Made by a program: the position numbers and the translations under genes. Shown here piece by piece: positions 63,963 through 64,000 of a stretch of DNA of 64,000 nucleotides (its first letter is position 1; every line of letters starts with the position of its first letter). This stretch comes from an uncultured Chloroflexia bacterium (GTDB lineage Bacteria > Chloroflexota > Limnocylindria > QHBO01). The stretch covers positions 131,104 through 195,103 of the forward strand of contig CAWDVA010000007.1 of assembly GCA_963805645.1 (NCBI GenBank), in the 5' to 3' direction. Under the pieces are notes generated by a model, which searched no databases, was not told the origin of the DNA, and saw only the letters and a program-made list of their open reading frames with translations.

Positions 63963-64000
63963 GCGCGCAGTGTACCGACGCGGGCGGGCGGGATCGTCCC

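Noticed and set aside
1-64000. CRISPR arrays and rRNA genes.
   Set aside because: No short, regularly spaced direct repeats and no rRNA-like conserved segments were seen anywhere in the window.

Overview
This is a high-GC (about 70%) bacterial chromosome segment from the Terrabacteria (actinobacteria-like or related high-GC lineage); no plasmid or phage hallmarks are visible. It splits into two parts. Positions 1-26.7 kb are a mixed-strand, accessory-looking region dense in signalling genes. It holds four class III adenylate/guanylate cyclase-domain proteins and a 1.1-kaa protein made of two tandem membrane-sensor/GAF/GGDEF modules fused in frame. It also holds an ECF sigma factor with a frameshifted anti-sigma partner, small stress-type proteins (Csp, RidA, DUF4242, SnoaL-like, GlcG-like), a glycogen-debranching enzyme and two probable decay remnants. 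This region ends at a tRNA-Pro(GGG) gene flanked by a degenerate, frameshifted IS1595-like transposase. From 26.7 kb to 64 kb there is a single 37-kb run of about 37 genes, all on the minus strand, encoding conserved housekeeping functions. In descending coordinate order these are hisS, aspS, a cysteine desulfurase with mnmA, an LCP protein, alaS, ruvX, mltG, efp, xseAB, tlyA, nadK, recN, xerD, a purine nucleoside phosphorylase, scpAB, rluB-cmk, plsC, ispH, der, gpsA and queG. Notable oddities inside the core block are an in-frame rluB-cmk fusion, a truncated and frameshifted NUDIX remnant between der and ispH, and an FtsA-like actin-fold ATPase plus a large bitopic membrane protein inserted between alaS and ruvX. 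No rRNA and no CRISPR array were found. Many long antisense ORFs in the six-frame track are GC-driven shadows.
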